Positions 49,757 to 51,041 of a stretch of 51,041 nt of DNA are shown one piece after another. The DNA is from Octopus bimaculoides (Eukaryota), in the NCBI RefSeq assembly GCF_001194135.2, contig NC_068985.1:20803987-20855027 (forward strand), read 5' to 3'. The translations under genes were made by a program, and so were the position numbers. Numbering within the stretch: position 1 is the first letter of the stretch; each line of letters starts with the position of its first letter. Below the pieces are notes generated by a model, which was not told where the DNA came from, did not search any database, and saw only the letters and a list, made by a program, of their open reading frames with translations.

Positions 49757-51003
49757 GTAAGAATCTTATGCATCTCAGAGCAGATGCTTGTTGTCCCTAA
49801 TTATCAGGAAACTAAATTCAAATCAATGTAACAGTATAGCAAAATTTTATTGCAGCATTTAGGCAGATTGTCCTACTTAGTATACCAGGAATGTATTTAA
49901 GTACCTATCTATAGAGATAGGTATGTGTGTAACATTGTGTGTATGTGTGTGTGTCTTCTAATTTATTTAGATGATTGCAAGATGATTTACTTTTATTGCA
50001 CTAAATGACTTTTCTTATTCATTTAATCATTTGATTCTATTTCCACACTTCATAATAATTTAAAGTATTTATCATAAATATTCACTGAATCAGTGAGGAG
50101 CATGCCCTAGAAGAAACCGAAGAAGGAAGGAAAGGAATTTACAGCTAGAATGCCATGGTAATGAGAGAAGGGCAAAGCCTAAAACAAATGAATGCTTTTA
50201 CATCATAGCACTATGTAATCTCATAAGAGTTATTTGCTATGATAATTGAGAAGATATTGTTTAACAACAATGCACCTTCAGGTGGAATGCCAGTTTAAGA
50301 ACTTTTATTCAATGAAAGCTACCTATGAAGAAGAATAAATGGCTGAAAAACACTTGGTGTCAAGGTATATGTAAAAAACCTGAGAGTATCTAAACACATA
50401 ATGTATTTCTTCGTTGTTGTTGTCTAAGCTTTCACAATACTGAAACATCAACTTCATGCCATTTGACAATTTATTTGGGAAGATAGTGAGATAAGTTGAT
50501 TTTATTGTACTGGATAACTGTTCTTATTTATTCATTCAATCATGTGATATAACTGTTGTGCTTTCACACTGGGTATATGGTGCAATAGAAGGACAGGTCT
50601 ATAGCTTTATTTAGTTTCATTTACAACTTAGAACAATGAAAGTGATAGAGGAATGAGGCCAATAAAGATGAGAGCAGTCGAGAAATGAGTGGAAAAGGTA
50701 TGGGTGATAGAGGCACCCATGATTTTTTCTCTCAGTTTATTCATACTCAATCATTGATGTACACTAACATTGCATACCCAATGAAATATACCTGCTTTAT
50801 TTCTTTCTTCTATTTACAAATCCTTTGTATTCAAGGTCTCCTTCTCACTGTTGTGCAGTATTGCTCTATGCAAAAATGCATTATACAATCTGTTCTTCCT
50901 TCTTAGGGAAAACTCTTTCATTCCCAGCAGATGTACTAGCTCACTGAACTTCATATATATATGTGTGTGTGTATGTGTGTAAACGATGATGATGATGTGT
51001 GTC

Positions 51004-51041
<38 letters not shown>

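Overview
Eukaryotic, AT-rich, repeat-dense animal genomic DNA with many N gaps, most of them flanked by microsatellites. The SINE and LINE families resemble those I recall from Octopus genomes, so the source is probably an octopod; this is an inference and was not checked against a database. Almost all ORFs in the track are microsatellite, gap or transposon artefacts. Decayed transposons make up the recognisable content: RTE, CR1-like, REL-endonuclease and Penelope retroelements, a mariner with two internally deleted derivatives, a piggyBac-type MITE, a Helitron 3' end with TAACCC-like repeats, a probable solo LTR and several SINE families. Between them lies a chain of short, phase-compatible + strand exon candidates (32194-49756) encoding a peptide I do not recognise, so the window is probably mostly intronic. 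The best unexplained signal is a 98-nt, indel-free hairpin at 21101-21198: 36 of 40 stem positions pair, with 6 G-U and no A-C. It looks like a pri-miRNA or other structured RNA on the + strand, and it overlaps a candidate splice acceptor. A weaker second hairpin lies at 34606-34676. There is no CRISPR array, rRNA or intact tRNA.
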